Origin: Candidatus Amesbacteria bacterium
GTDB lineage: Bacteria; Patescibacteriota; Microgenomatia; CAZETR01; Amesbacteraceae
DNA length: 41,474 nucleotides
Assembly: GCA_016219445.1 (NCBI GenBank)
Contig: JACRNA010000022.1
Coordinates: forward strand, 1 to 41,474
Direction: 5' to 3'
In this document: positions 18,087-26,374 of the stretch, piece after piece
Numbering within the stretch: position 1 is the first letter of the stretch
Layout: every line of letters begins with the position of its first letter
Position numbers and translations under genes: made by a program
The notes under the pieces: generated by a model
What the model saw: only the letters and a program-made list of their open reading frames with translations
What the model was told of the DNA's origin: nothing
The model's database searches: none

Positions 18087-19823
18087 TTAAAACTGATTTA
18101 AAAAACGAATGTCGTTGCTGTATAACAGTCTTAAATCATCTATTTTGACACCAGACTTCATCATATAAGTTCGCTCTACTCCCCAACCAAAAGCAAAGCC
18201 TGTGTACTTAGTAGTATCAACTTTACCAGCTTTCAAAACATTGGGGTGAACCATGCCAGCCCCACCCAATTCAAGCCAACCTTCTTTGCATAATTTACAG
18301 CCACGTCCCAAACAAATATCACAGGTCACATCGACTTCAAAAGAGGGTTCAGTAAATTGAAAGTGATATGGACGAAGTCGCGATTTACGATTTTGGCCAA
18401 AGAATTGTTTGACAAAGTGATCAATGGTGCCTTTGAGATGAGTAATATTAATGCCCTCATCAACCACTAAGCCCTCAAACTGATGAAACATAACCGTATG
18501 AGAAACATCCGATTGCCTTCTATAACATTTACCTATATTTATCATTCTTATCGGAGGCTTTGTCCTTTCCATCTCCCTAACTTGACCATTACTGGTATGC
18601 GGAGTCAACACTAATTTACCTAACTTCTTATTTTCAGGAACATCAACAAAAAATGTTTCGATATCATCACGGGCCGGGTGTGTCTTTTGCATATTCAAAG
18701 CCTCAAACGCATACCAATCCCAATCAACTTCGGGATAACGGACCCGGACAAAACCAATCTTTTCAAAAATACTGCTAATTTCTTCGATGGCATGAGTTAC
18801 TGGGTGAAGATGGCCAATAGGAGGAAGCTTACCGGGCAGCGTTTCATCGACACTGATTTTCTCAGGTTGCTTGGTGTTTACAAGTGCATTCTCAATAGCA
18901 ATTTTGGCCTCATTAAAGACTCTACCAACTTCTGCATCTCTGATTTCATGAGCAATTTGGGTTAGCTGGCCATTTTTTCCCAAGTAATGCACTCTCAATC
19001 TATCTAATTCTTCAGGATCTTTTGATTCCATAATCATAACCAAGGCTTCATTTTTGATATTCAATAGTACTTCTGGCGAAAGATCTGAAGAGACTATTGT
19101 CGATTCTTTTTTCTTAATTTCCAAGTAGTAGATCACCTTGGTGCAATCTTCTTCATATTCAAAGTTGACCGTGTCAATATATGGAATTTCCGAAGTCGAT
19201 TTTACTTGTGTCCCACCATCAGGAATAGGTGTGTACCCCTCAACCCACATTATTCTCAACGGTTTATTTGTTGGTAAACGTTCAGGAATCCAGGGAGACC
19301 GCTTCTTTAGTTCCGAGAGTGTTACAAACTCAGTATTTATAGCCAACGACTTATCAATAAGATTATTAGTTTTCTCCTTTATTTGTAATTGATATTCCTC
19401 TTTAATTTTTCCTTGATATTTAATAAATGCTTTTTTGCCATGTTGACCCTCTATGGGAACAATATTTGGTAATAATTCTTTGGCCGCTTCATGTAAGATA
19501 TGGCCTGCCGAGTGAACCTGCATATTGTGATAACGCCTAATCCAGTTTATTTCACATTCCACTTTATCACCCATTATTAGTTCACCTTTCAGGACTCCCT
19601 CATGAATAATTTTGTCACCTTTTAACAAAACCTGCTTGACCTCAAAAACGCCACTTTCGAATTTAATTATTCCCTGGTCTGAAGGTTGTCCTCCACCTTC
19701 AGGATAAAAAACAGTTTGATCTAGTACAATTTTACAATTTCCCTTCTTTCCATCCACTTCCAATACCTTGGCTGTGCAAACCTTTTGATATGAATCTTCT
19801 AAATATAATGGTTTTGTTGTCAT
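18087..19823 (-). CDS. pheS: Fusion: AlaX-like (tRNA_SAD) N-terminal domain + phenylalanyl-tRNA synthetase alpha subunit
   Basis: Residues 1-~235: DQTVFYPEGGGQPSDQG plus HSAGHILH (HxxxH) are AlaX/AlaRS-editing hallmarks. The second metal motif reads DGGTQ instead of CGGxH. Residues ~240-578 carry the PheS class II core: HPVTHAIEEI, LTPHTSNGQ, FHQFEGLVV, GGAGMVHPNVL and GFAFGWGVER. Confidence 0.85.
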   Translation of the reverse strand: MTTKPLYLEDSYQKVCTAKVLEVDGKKGNCKIVLDQTVFYPEGGGQPSDQGIIKFESGVFEVKQVLLKGDKIIHEGVLKGELIMGDKVECEINWIRRYHNMQVHSAGHILHEAAKELLPNIVPIEGQHGKKAFIKYQGKIKEEYQLQIKEKTNNLIDKSLAINTEFVTLSELKKRSPWIPERLPTNKPLRIMWVEGYTPIPDGGTQVKSTSEIPYIDTVNFEYEEDCTKVIYYLEIKKKESTIVSSDLSPEVLLNIKNEALVMIMESKDPEELDRLRVHYLGKNGQLTQIAHEIRDAEVGRVFNEAKIAIENALVNTKQPEKISVDETLPGKLPPIGHLHPVTHAIEEISSIFEKIGFVRVRYPEVDWDWYAFEALNMQKTHPARDDIETFFVDVPENKKLGKLVLTPHTSNGQVREMERTKPPIRMINIGKCYRRQSDVSHTVMFHQFEGLVVDEGINITHLKGTIDHFVKQFFGQNRKSRLRPYHFQFTEPSFEVDVTCDICLGRGCKLCKEGWLELGGAGMVHPNVLKAGKVDTTKYTGFAFGWGVERTYMMKSGVKIDDLRLLYSNDIRFLNQF

Positions 19824-19866
19824 ATTGTGCTATAATAACAGTAATTGGTGTAAACCAGTTCGGCAT

Positions 19867-19894
19867 TGAGGCTTGGCCATGAAACTAAGCCTCA
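19867..19894. other. 8-bp hairpin overlapping the stop codon of the 158-aa ORF
   Basis: TGAGGCTT (19867-19874) pairs with AAGCCTCA (19887-19894). The T-run follows on the plus strand only, so it does not look like a canonical terminator for the minus-strand genes. Confidence 0.3.
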
Positions 19895-20368
19895 TATTTT
19901 TTGTTGAATCAATTCTAACAGAAATTCCTTTTCTATTTCTTTTCCGTTCTTCAAAAATCTACCCATTCCTCCTTCAATTCCTCTACCGAATGCTACCATT
20001 GTTAATAATCGAAAATACGTATTTAGCTTGTGTTTTACAGGTAGAATTATGAAGCAAAATTCAGCCAATTCAGAAATTACTATTATAGATTTATTGCTTC
20101 TCTGATTTTGATAGTAAAGTTTATAATTAATTTCATTATTACAAATTTGTTCTATAAGCAACATCCGCCGAGCCCTACGAATACTAAATTTTCCTTTATA
20201 TATACCACCTTTGAGATATCCATAGCAACAGTGATCAAAATCCTCGGGGTATATAACTAAATCCAATCCCATAAATTTTAATCTTCGATTTGAAAGTTGC
20301 TTGAATGACTCACGCAATTCATCAACGGAAGACGAATCTAATATTTTTAATTGAGTTGTTTTGAGCAT
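19892..20368 (-). CDS. Hypothetical protein (158 aa) inserted between rplT and pheS
   Basis: Clean ORF. It is AT-rich relative to its neighbours. An rplT terminator lies upstream and a TATAAT (20376-20381) lies 7 nt before its ATG. I recognise no family. Confidence 0.5.
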   Translation of the reverse strand: MLKTTQLKILDSSSVDELRESFKQLSNRRLKFMGLDLVIYPEDFDHCCYGYLKGGIYKGKFSIRRARRMLLIEQICNNEINYKLYYQNQRSNKSIIVISELAEFCFIILPVKHKLNTYFRLLTMVAFGRGIEGGMGRFLKNGKEIEKEFLLELIQQKI

Positions 20369-20382
20369 ATATTTGATTATAA

Positions 20383-20408
20383 ATCAAAAACCCCGCTTTA
20401 TGCGGGGT
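20383..20408 (-). terminator. Rho-independent terminator after rplT
   Basis: The minus strand reads CCCCGC-ATAAA-GCGGGG followed by TTTTTGATTT (stem at 20390-20395 / 20401-20406). Confidence 0.75.
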
Positions 20409-20432
20409 GAATAAAATAATAGGCTTCACCCC

Positions 20433-20786
20433 TTACTTCTTGGTAAAGGTAAAACCGGCTTTTTTGACGATTTCAGCAAAGACATTTGGCTGGCGGACCA
20501 CAAGATCGCCCATTATTTTGCGGTCGACTTCTATTTTATTTTTCTTGACACCGTCCATAAATTTGGAATAAGAAACGCCAAAAATCTTGAGCGCAGAGTT
20601 GATGCGCACGATCCAAGTCCTACGCAAGTCTCTTTTCTTGAGCTTTCTGCCATTAAAGGCATATTGTCCGGCATGAAGAACCGCCTCAGCAGCGACTTTG
20701 TATAGCCGGTTTTTGGTCATGCGATAGCCCTTGGCTAGAGCCAATATCTTGTTGTGTCTTGCTCGTCTGTTGTTTTTTACCCGCAT
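20433..20786 (-). CDS. rplT: 50S ribosomal protein L20
   Basis: MRVKNNRRARHNKILALAKGYR... is a typical L20 N-terminus. Conserved infC-rpmI-rplT order. Confidence 0.9.
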   Translation of the reverse strand: MRVKNNRRARHNKILALAKGYRMTKNRLYKVAAEAVLHAGQYAFNGRKLKKRDLRRTWIVRINSALKIFGVSYSKFMDGVKKNKIEVDRKIMGDLVVRQPNVFAEIVKKAGFTFTKK

Positions 20787-20787
20787 A

Positions 20788-20982
20788 TTATTTTCCCATC
20801 ACCTTTCTTATTTTATTGGAAATAGTTTTGCCTAATTCGCGAATCAAGCGATGACGACGGAGTTGGGCTGCCCCTTTGCGGCTTCGCAAATGCCTACCAA
20901 ATGAGGCGCGATGCAAAACCTTACCGTTTTTGGTAATTTTCAGTCTCTTGGTAATAGCTTTTCTGGTTTTTATTTTCGGCAT
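20788..20982 (-). CDS. rpmI: 50S ribosomal protein L35
   Basis: MPKIKTRKAITKRLKITKNGKV is the L35 signature. I start at M11 of the ORF-track entry (20982). Confidence 0.85.
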   Translation of the reverse strand: MPKIKTRKAITKRLKITKNGKVLHRASFGRHLRSRKGAAQLRRHRLIRELGKTISNKIRKVMGK

Positions 20983-21479
20983 ACTGCTCCTATATATTGT
21001 TTGCCTACCCATTTGGGCGCTTGCTCAATCTTTGAAATGTCTGCCAGAGCCAATACGACCCTCTGCCAGACGGTGTCACCAAACTCTTTGTGAGTAAGCT
21101 GACGACCTACAAATTTTATCACAAACCTGACTTTGTCGCCATCTGTCAAATAATTTCGGGCTTTGGTCATCTTGGTTTCAAAATCCCCTGCTGCCATAAA
21201 TGGAGTCAGGCGGATCTCTTTGAGCTCGACTTTCTTTTGGGATGACTTGGCTTCGCGCTCTTTTCTAGCCAGCTGGTATCTAAACTTTGAAAACTCAATC
21301 AGTTTAGCCACTGGTGGCAACGCTTGAGGAGCTATCTCTACCAAATCAGTCTGGGCTTTTTTGGCTTCTTCCAGAGCTAATTCTTTGGAAATAACTCCCA
21401 ATTGAGTTCCATCTTCCCGCAAGACCCTCAACTCTTTGGCCTGAATTTGGTTGTTAATGCGATAAAGGACAGTACTCAC
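20970..21479 (-). CDS. infC: Translation initiation factor IF-3
   Basis: INNQIQAKELRVLREDGTQLGV N-domain and LKEIRLTPFMAAGDFETKMTKARNYLTDGDKVRF C-domain. GTG start overlapping the thrS stop. Confidence 0.85.
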   Translation of the reverse strand: MSTVLYRINNQIQAKELRVLREDGTQLGVISKELALEEAKKAQTDLVEIAPQALPPVAKLIEFSKFRYQLARKEREAKSSQKKVELKEIRLTPFMAAGDFETKMTKARNYLTDGDKVRFVIKFVGRQLTHKEFGDTVWQRVVLALADISKIEQAPKWVGKQYIGAVCRK

Positions 21480-23212
21480 TTACGGTTGATTATAGCATCT
21501 AATAACCATTTTTTGAACTCCTCGAGCTTGTGAATCTCAGTTTCTTTGAGCCCTCGAGCTCGAACTGCAACAGTTTTGGCCTCAACTTCTTTGTTACCAG
21601 CAACTAGTATAAATGGCACCTTTTGCATTTCAGCATCTCTAACTCTAGCATTTAGCGGTTCGTTTCTCGAATCAAGATCGCATCGGATGTTAACTGATTT
21701 TAACTGATCAGCAACGCTTTTGGCATATTCCAAATGCTTATCTGAAATTGGCAATACCACTACTTGGATTGGAGATAACCATGTGGGGAATGCTCCACCG
21801 TAATGTTCAATCAAAATTCCAATAAATCTCTCAAGAGAGCCATAAATTACCCTATGAATGGCGATTGGTGTTTTTTGAGACCCATCTTTGTCAGAATATT
21901 TTAGATCAAATCGACGAGGTTGCTGAAAGTCTAATTGAACTGTGCCCATTTGCCAACTTCGACCCAAGGCGTCTTTCATTAGAATATCTACCTTGGGACC
22001 ATAAAAGGCTCCGTCTCCATCTTGGATAAAATATTCCACACCACTTTTCTCTAAAATTTTCTTCAATGTATCTTCGGCTCTATTCCAGGTTTCAATATCA
22101 CCCATAAAGTTTTCTGGATTTCTGGTTCCCAGTCTGAAAGAGTATTTCATGCCAAAGATGGAATAAAACCTTTCAACTATTTCAAATACATTTTTATATT
22201 CAGATTCAATTTGATCTTCACTAACATAGATATGGGCATCGTCTTGGCGGAATTCTCTGACTCGCAATAGCCCATTTAGAGTTCCTGACAACTCGTTTCT
22301 GTGTAGTGGATCCGTATCTGAAAGTCTAAATGGAAGATCGCGATAACTACGAGTTTTTGAACCAAAAACAATGTGAGCATTTGGACAATTCATCGCCTTT
22401 ACTCCATATTCACCTTCTGCATCTGTTTTGGCTACAAACATATCCTGCCAGTAGTGATCATAATGACCCGATGTCACATATAATTCTTTTTTATTGAGAA
22501 TTGGTGAAACAATTTCTTGGTACCCTCTCTTTTGATGTTCCTGTCTCCAGAAAGAAACAAGTTCATTGTAAACAATAACTCCCTTTGATAGCCAATACGG
22601 CATTCCCGGTGCAGTCTCGTGGAACATGAATAGTTCAAGCTCTTTGCCTAGTTTTTTATGATCTCTTTTTTTTGCTTCCTCAAGCATATTCAAGTAGTTG
22701 TCTAGTTCTTTCTGAGTTGGCCAACAAGTTCCATAAATACGTGTCAACATCTTGTTTTTCTCATCTCCCCGCCAATATGCTCCAGCAATAGATATAAGTT
22801 TGAAATATTTCAATTCATCTTTTGGATGTTCACAATGGCCGCCGCGACAGAGATCAGAAAATTCTCCAGATTTATAGGCCGTCAATTCACCATCTTTATA
22901 TTGCTCAATAATTTCTAATTTGTAAGGATTTTTAGCAAAGCGCTTTTGGACTTCACTTAGGCTTAACTTCTCTTTCTCAAAACCAGTCCAAGTCCTGACT
23001 ATTTCGTGCATTTTGGATTCAATTTTTGGCAAATCTGAACCAGAAATTTTTAAATTGTCGAAATCGTAATAAAAACCATTTTCAATAGAAGGGCCAAGAG
23101 TGGGCAAAGCCTCTGGATAAATATCCAGCACAGCTGCTGCCAATAAGTGAGCGCAGGAATGACGAAGATTTTCTAAGTCATTCGTAGTCATACGATTGTC
23201 ATTCATAGTCAT
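21476..23212 (-). CDS. thrS: Threonyl-tRNA synthetase (no TGS domain)
   Basis: HSCAHLL editing-domain motif near the N-terminus. The class II core includes RGGHCEHP, FRLSDTDPLHRNELSG, LRVREFRQDDAHIY and QLDFQQP. A C-terminal anticodon-binding domain is present. Confidence 0.9.
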   Translation of the reverse strand: MTMNDNRMTTNDLENLRHSCAHLLAAAVLDIYPEALPTLGPSIENGFYYDFDNLKISGSDLPKIESKMHEIVRTWTGFEKEKLSLSEVQKRFAKNPYKLEIIEQYKDGELTAYKSGEFSDLCRGGHCEHPKDELKYFKLISIAGAYWRGDEKNKMLTRIYGTCWPTQKELDNYLNMLEEAKKRDHKKLGKELELFMFHETAPGMPYWLSKGVIVYNELVSFWRQEHQKRGYQEIVSPILNKKELYVTSGHYDHYWQDMFVAKTDAEGEYGVKAMNCPNAHIVFGSKTRSYRDLPFRLSDTDPLHRNELSGTLNGLLRVREFRQDDAHIYVSEDQIESEYKNVFEIVERFYSIFGMKYSFRLGTRNPENFMGDIETWNRAEDTLKKILEKSGVEYFIQDGDGAFYGPKVDILMKDALGRSWQMGTVQLDFQQPRRFDLKYSDKDGSQKTPIAIHRVIYGSLERFIGILIEHYGGAFPTWLSPIQVVVLPISDKHLEYAKSVADQLKSVNIRCDLDSRNEPLNARVRDAEMQKVPFILVAGNKEVEAKTVAVRARGLKETEIHKLEEFKKWLLDAIINRK

Positions 23213-23234
23213 AAATTGTTTATTAAAATAAAAT

Positions 23235-23287
23235 AAAAAAGCCCCTTGTTCATTGCTCCCAGGGTTCCAAGCAATTACTATGGTGGC
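23235..23287 (-). terminator. Branched hairpin plus T-run between nfo and thrS
   Basis: The minus strand reads AGCC...ATTGCT-TGGAACCCTGGG-AGCAAT...GGGGCTTTTTTATTTT. It could be the nfo terminator or part of a thrS leader. Confidence 0.35.
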
Positions 23288-23348
23288 TTAATTAAATATT
23301 GATTATCGCAGGTTGGTAATCTGCAATCAAAAATAAATTGTAATTATA

Positions 23349-24176
23349 TTATACTACCAATCTTTTCAAATAGTCAATGTCCTTTTTGCGGGGACCGTCA
23401 CCGTCACCTGGAACCTCGAGAATTATTGGGCAATTTTCGATTTTCAATTTACAATTTGCAATAAATTTTCGCAAGATATCTTTACCAATTTTTCCTTGAC
23501 CCAGATTTTCGTGCCGGTCGACATGAGAATCAAACTCAGTCTTAGAATCGTTGAAATGAATGGCTGCTAAATATTTGATACCTACTTCGTGGGTAAACAT
23601 ATCCAAGAGCTTGTCGAGGGGTATGCCCGATGCCCAAGCGTGCTGGGTATCGAGGCAAACTCCAATTTTGGGTTTGTCCCCCACTCTATCTATAATTTCT
23701 CTAAGCTCTACCAAGCTAGCTCCTATAGTTCCTGCCTGTCCTGCAGCGTTCTCCAAAATTAATCTCGTTCCTCTGGGACTGCTGTCGAGAATATAATTGA
23801 TTGTAGTCACGATCTGAGTGATCTTGGTTTCAAACCCACTTCCTTTGTGGCTTCCGACATGGAATATGGTTCCAGACCCACCAATTTCTCCCGCCAATTG
23901 CTGATAACTTATGAGTAAATCCCTGCTGGCATTTACATAAGATTTGTCTCCAGAAGCTAGATTTACGAGGTATGGAGCATGAAAAAAGTGCGGACCCATT
24001 TCATATTTTATTTTTGCTTGTTTGTATTTTTCTATCACTTTGACACTTGGGATTTGATACTTGAGACTTCTAGGTGACGAGGCAAACGTCATGAGGCAAT
24101 TTGAACCCAGTTTAGAAGCTCTTTCGATGGACTTATCAAGACCTCCGGCCATACTTACGTGCGCCCCAATATACAT
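23349..24176 (-). CDS. nfo: Endonuclease IV (AP endonuclease)
   Basis: MYIGAHVSMAGG matches the Nfo N-terminus. Also FHAPYLVNLAS, IFHVGSH, LENAAGQ, CLDTQHAWASG and HFNDS. The ORF track begins 6 codons earlier, at 24194. Confidence 0.9.
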   Translation of the reverse strand: MYIGAHVSMAGGLDKSIERASKLGSNCLMTFASSPRSLKYQIPSVKVIEKYKQAKIKYEMGPHFFHAPYLVNLASGDKSYVNASRDLLISYQQLAGEIGGSGTIFHVGSHKGSGFETKITQIVTTINYILDSSPRGTRLILENAAGQAGTIGASLVELREIIDRVGDKPKIGVCLDTQHAWASGIPLDKLLDMFTHEVGIKYLAAIHFNDSKTEFDSHVDRHENLGQGKIGKDILRKFIANCKLKIENCPIILEVPGDGDGPRKKDIDYLKRLVV

Positions 24177-24216
24177 TGTGTCATTATACTCCAAAATTGC
24201 TATAATTGCTTTATTA

Positions 24217-24288
24217 GGGCATTTAGTTCAGGAGTAGAACGCCTCATTGACATTGAGGAGGTCGGGGGTGCGAAGCCTCCAGTGCCCA
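24217..24288 (+). tRNA. tRNA-Val(GAC), no encoded CCA
   Basis: Manual fold: acceptor GGGCATT/AGTGCCC, D arm GTTC-AGGAGTA-GAAC, anticodon arm CCTCA-TTGACAT-TGAGG, T arm GGGGG-TGCGAAG-CCTCC. The T loop has G where U55 is expected. Confidence 0.75.
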
Positions 24289-25356
24289 CTAACAAATTAA
24301 CTTTGCCAATTTTTCTGTCCCTGTATTTATTTGTTCAGAAGTCGGTAAAGCAAAAGATAAACGTAATGATGACGATTTTCCTCCGAAGGGCTGGAAAATA
24401 TAACCTGGGACAAAGGCAATATTTTGCTCGAGGGCTTTGTAATACAATTCTTGGGTATCTATGGATTCGGGTAATGTCATCCAGATAAACATTCCCCCCG
24501 CAGGACTAGTCCAGGATGCTTCTTTGGGCATATATTTAGTGAGAGCCGAAAGCATTGTCTGACACTTATTTTTGTAATAACTTCTTGCAGCATTTAAATA
24601 ATTTGGATAATCGGGATGAGATAAGACATAATTTGAAATTTGCTGTAATAGGCCACTGGTACATAGATCCATGCCGGTTTTCGCTCTAGTCAAAGCCTCT
24701 ATTGTCTCTGGCTTGCCAATCACGATTCCAATTCGTAAGGCCGAACCGACAATTTTTGAAAGTGAGGTCAGATATATAGTCTTGTCTGAATTTAACGAAT
24801 AAATACTCTGCGGTGGTTTGGCATCAAAATAGAGTTGACCATACGGGTCGTCTTCCAGAATCAATTTATTACTTTGGGAAAACTGCTTTCTTGCCGTCAG
24901 ATCCATGGTCTCCCCTGTCGGATTGCCAAAATTGGGAATGACATAGACGGTATTTGCACTTTCAAGATCGGAAACATATTTGGATCCGTAGGCATTGAAG
25001 GCATATAGTGCCGCAAAATAGGTCGGATTGGTCACATACATTTTGTCGCCTGGATTTATAAATACCCGGCCCACGAGATCCAAGGCCTGCTGAGAACCAG
25101 AAGTAATAAGTATACTTTCAGGGGTGACTGAGTACATTTTGGCAAGAGTCTCCCTCAAAGACAAAATACCTTGGGTTGGAGTATATTGGGGGTTTGGCTC
25201 AATGATGGACAGAGCTTCTTTGATCAGATTGAGAGGCAAGGCTTCAGGATTAGGAGTACCCCCGGCAAAAGAAATGAGATTGGGGGTCTCGGTATGCTTT
25301 AACAAATTCATGACAGTTGGGTCGGCAATTTTGGCGAATCTATCTGAATATGTCAT
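24289..25356 (-). CDS. PLP-dependent aminotransferase, ARO8/LysN (aromatic / 2-aminoadipate) type
   Basis: ISFAGGTPNPEALP matches the ARO8-family N-terminal motif. YVIPNFGNPTG is present. SLSKIVGSALRIG carries the PLP lysine. Confidence 0.8.
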   Translation of the reverse strand: MTYSDRFAKIADPTVMNLLKHTETPNLISFAGGTPNPEALPLNLIKEALSIIEPNPQYTPTQGILSLRETLAKMYSVTPESILITSGSQQALDLVGRVFINPGDKMYVTNPTYFAALYAFNAYGSKYVSDLESANTVYVIPNFGNPTGETMDLTARKQFSQSNKLILEDDPYGQLYFDAKPPQSIYSLNSDKTIYLTSLSKIVGSALRIGIVIGKPETIEALTRAKTGMDLCTSGLLQQISNYVLSHPDYPNYLNAARSYYKNKCQTMLSALTKYMPKEASWTSPAGGMFIWMTLPESIDTQELYYKALEQNIAFVPGYIFQPFGGKSSSLRLSFALPTSEQINTGTEKLAKLIC

Positions 25357-26189
25357 ATGTATTTATCCAATTGTACTAAATTTTTATATTCAGGAAAAGT
25401 AAACATGTTTTGCATAGACGGAACACCGTCTGATTTTAAACTTAGTAACGAATCTCTAGTTGCTTTCAAGGCAGTAAAGAGTGTAGTAACAGGGTAAGCG
25501 ATCAGTTTATAACCAAGTTGGGTTAAATCTTTTTGACTTAATATAGGTGTTTTACCTCCCTCAAGCATGTTAACAAGTAACGGGATCTGGGTAACTAATT
25601 TGGGGATCTGAATTAGTTGTTCTAAATTTTCAGGTGCTTCAATGAAAATTATATCTGCACCAGCTTCGATATAAGAAAGACTTCGATTGATTGAACTCTC
25701 AAATCCTTCCACTGCGATTGCATCGGTTCTGGCACAGATCGTAAAATCGGGATCCGTTTGAGCATTTTTAGCGGCTATAATTTTGGAACGCATTTCTTCG
25801 ACACCGACCAATTCTTTTCCATCCATATGCCCACATCTTTTGGGATGCTTTTGATCCTCGATAAACATGCTGGCCACTCCGATTCTCTCGTACTCGCGTA
25901 CCGTCATGTAGACATTTCTGGCGTTGCCGTATCCCCCATCACCGTCAGCAAAGACCGGAATATCTATACTCTTTATGATTTTTTCGATAACCGAAGTCAT
26001 ATCCGATAGTCCTAAGAGTCCTACATCAGGAAGTCCCCAATTGACCCCGGCAATAGCAAATCCACCCACAGATAGAGCCTCAAAACCGGCATTTTCTATC
26101 AATTTTGCTGAAAGACAGTCGTGAGCAACCGGAAGCTGAATACTCCCAGGTTTCATTAATAAGTTTTTGAATATTTTTGCTTTTGACAT
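25353..26189 (-). CDS. Isocitrate lyase / PEP mutase superfamily enzyme (methylisocitrate-lyase-like)
   Basis: FADGDGGYGN and FIEDQKHPKRCGHMDGKELV (K-[KR]-C-G-H lyase-type loop), then ICARTDA and IFIEAP. ATGA-type overlap with the aminotransferase gene. The start could be M12. Confidence 0.8.
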   Translation of the reverse strand: MSKAKIFKNLLMKPGSIQLPVAHDCLSAKLIENAGFEALSVGGFAIAGVNWGLPDVGLLGLSDMTSVIEKIIKSIDIPVFADGDGGYGNARNVYMTVREYERIGVASMFIEDQKHPKRCGHMDGKELVGVEEMRSKIIAAKNAQTDPDFTICARTDAIAVEGFESSINRSLSYIEAGADIIFIEAPENLEQLIQIPKLVTQIPLLVNMLEGGKTPILSQKDLTQLGYKLIAYPVTTLFTALKATRDSLLSLKSDGVPSMQNMFTFPEYKNLVQLDKYI

Positions 26190-26196
26190 AAAAAAT

Positions 26197-26239
26197 CCCC
26201 GCTATTGCGGGGTTGTAAAACACTTCTACAAAACCCCGC
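26197..26239 (-). promoter_or_regulatory. Mutually exclusive antiterminator / terminator hairpins (attenuator)
   Basis: The minus strand reads TAG-GCGGGGTT-(17 nt)-AACCCCGC-AATA-GCGGGG-ATTTTTT-ATG. GCGGGGTT/AACCCCGC (8 bp) competes with CCCCGC/GCGGGG plus U-run for the same CCCCGC segment. Confidence 0.65.
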
Positions 26240-26284
26240 CTAGGAGGTAAAGTAAAAGTAAAAAGAAACAACTGCTTGGTTCAT
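26240..26284 (-). CDS. Leader peptide MNQAVVSFYFYFTS (14 aa)
   Basis: ATG AAC CAA GCA GTT GTT TCT TTT TAC TTT TAC TTT ACC TCC TAG. Five consecutive Phe/Tyr codons. The stop codon directly abuts the antiterminator 5' arm. Confidence 0.6.
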   Translation of the reverse strand: MNQAVVSFYFYFTS

Positions 26285-26291
26285 GTCTTAT

Positions 26292-26320
26292 ATTGTAAAG
26301 AATCTTTCGCTAAATTGCAA
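26292..26320 (-). promoter_or_regulatory. Sigma70-like promoter TTGCAA-N17-TACAAT
   Basis: -35 at 26315-26320 and -10 at 26292-26297 (minus strand). The -10 ends 7 nt before the leader-peptide ATG, implying a leaderless or nearly leaderless transcript. Confidence 0.5.
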
Positions 26321-26374
26321 GCTGCAGTCAATATAGACAAAGTATCTATTCCAATAAATTTTTGAAGTCTGAGG

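Noticed and set aside
19824-19891. Possible pheS leader peptide (MAKPQCRTGLHQLLLL) by analogy with E. coli pheM
   Set aside because: It has no Phe codons, and the adjacent hairpin lacks a U-tract on the coding strand. Nothing supports attenuation here.
24289-26189. PEP mutase + aminotransferase as a phosphonate (2-AEP) biosynthesis cluster
   Set aside because: The ICL/PEPM-fold protein carries the K-R-C-G-H lyase-type active-site loop rather than the Cys-less PEP-mutase loop. No phosphonopyruvate decarboxylase is present.
26080-26271. 63-aa ORF on the minus strand overlapping the attenuator
   Set aside because: It is out of frame with both the leader peptide and the ICL-like gene, spans the terminator hairpin, and has no recognisable features.
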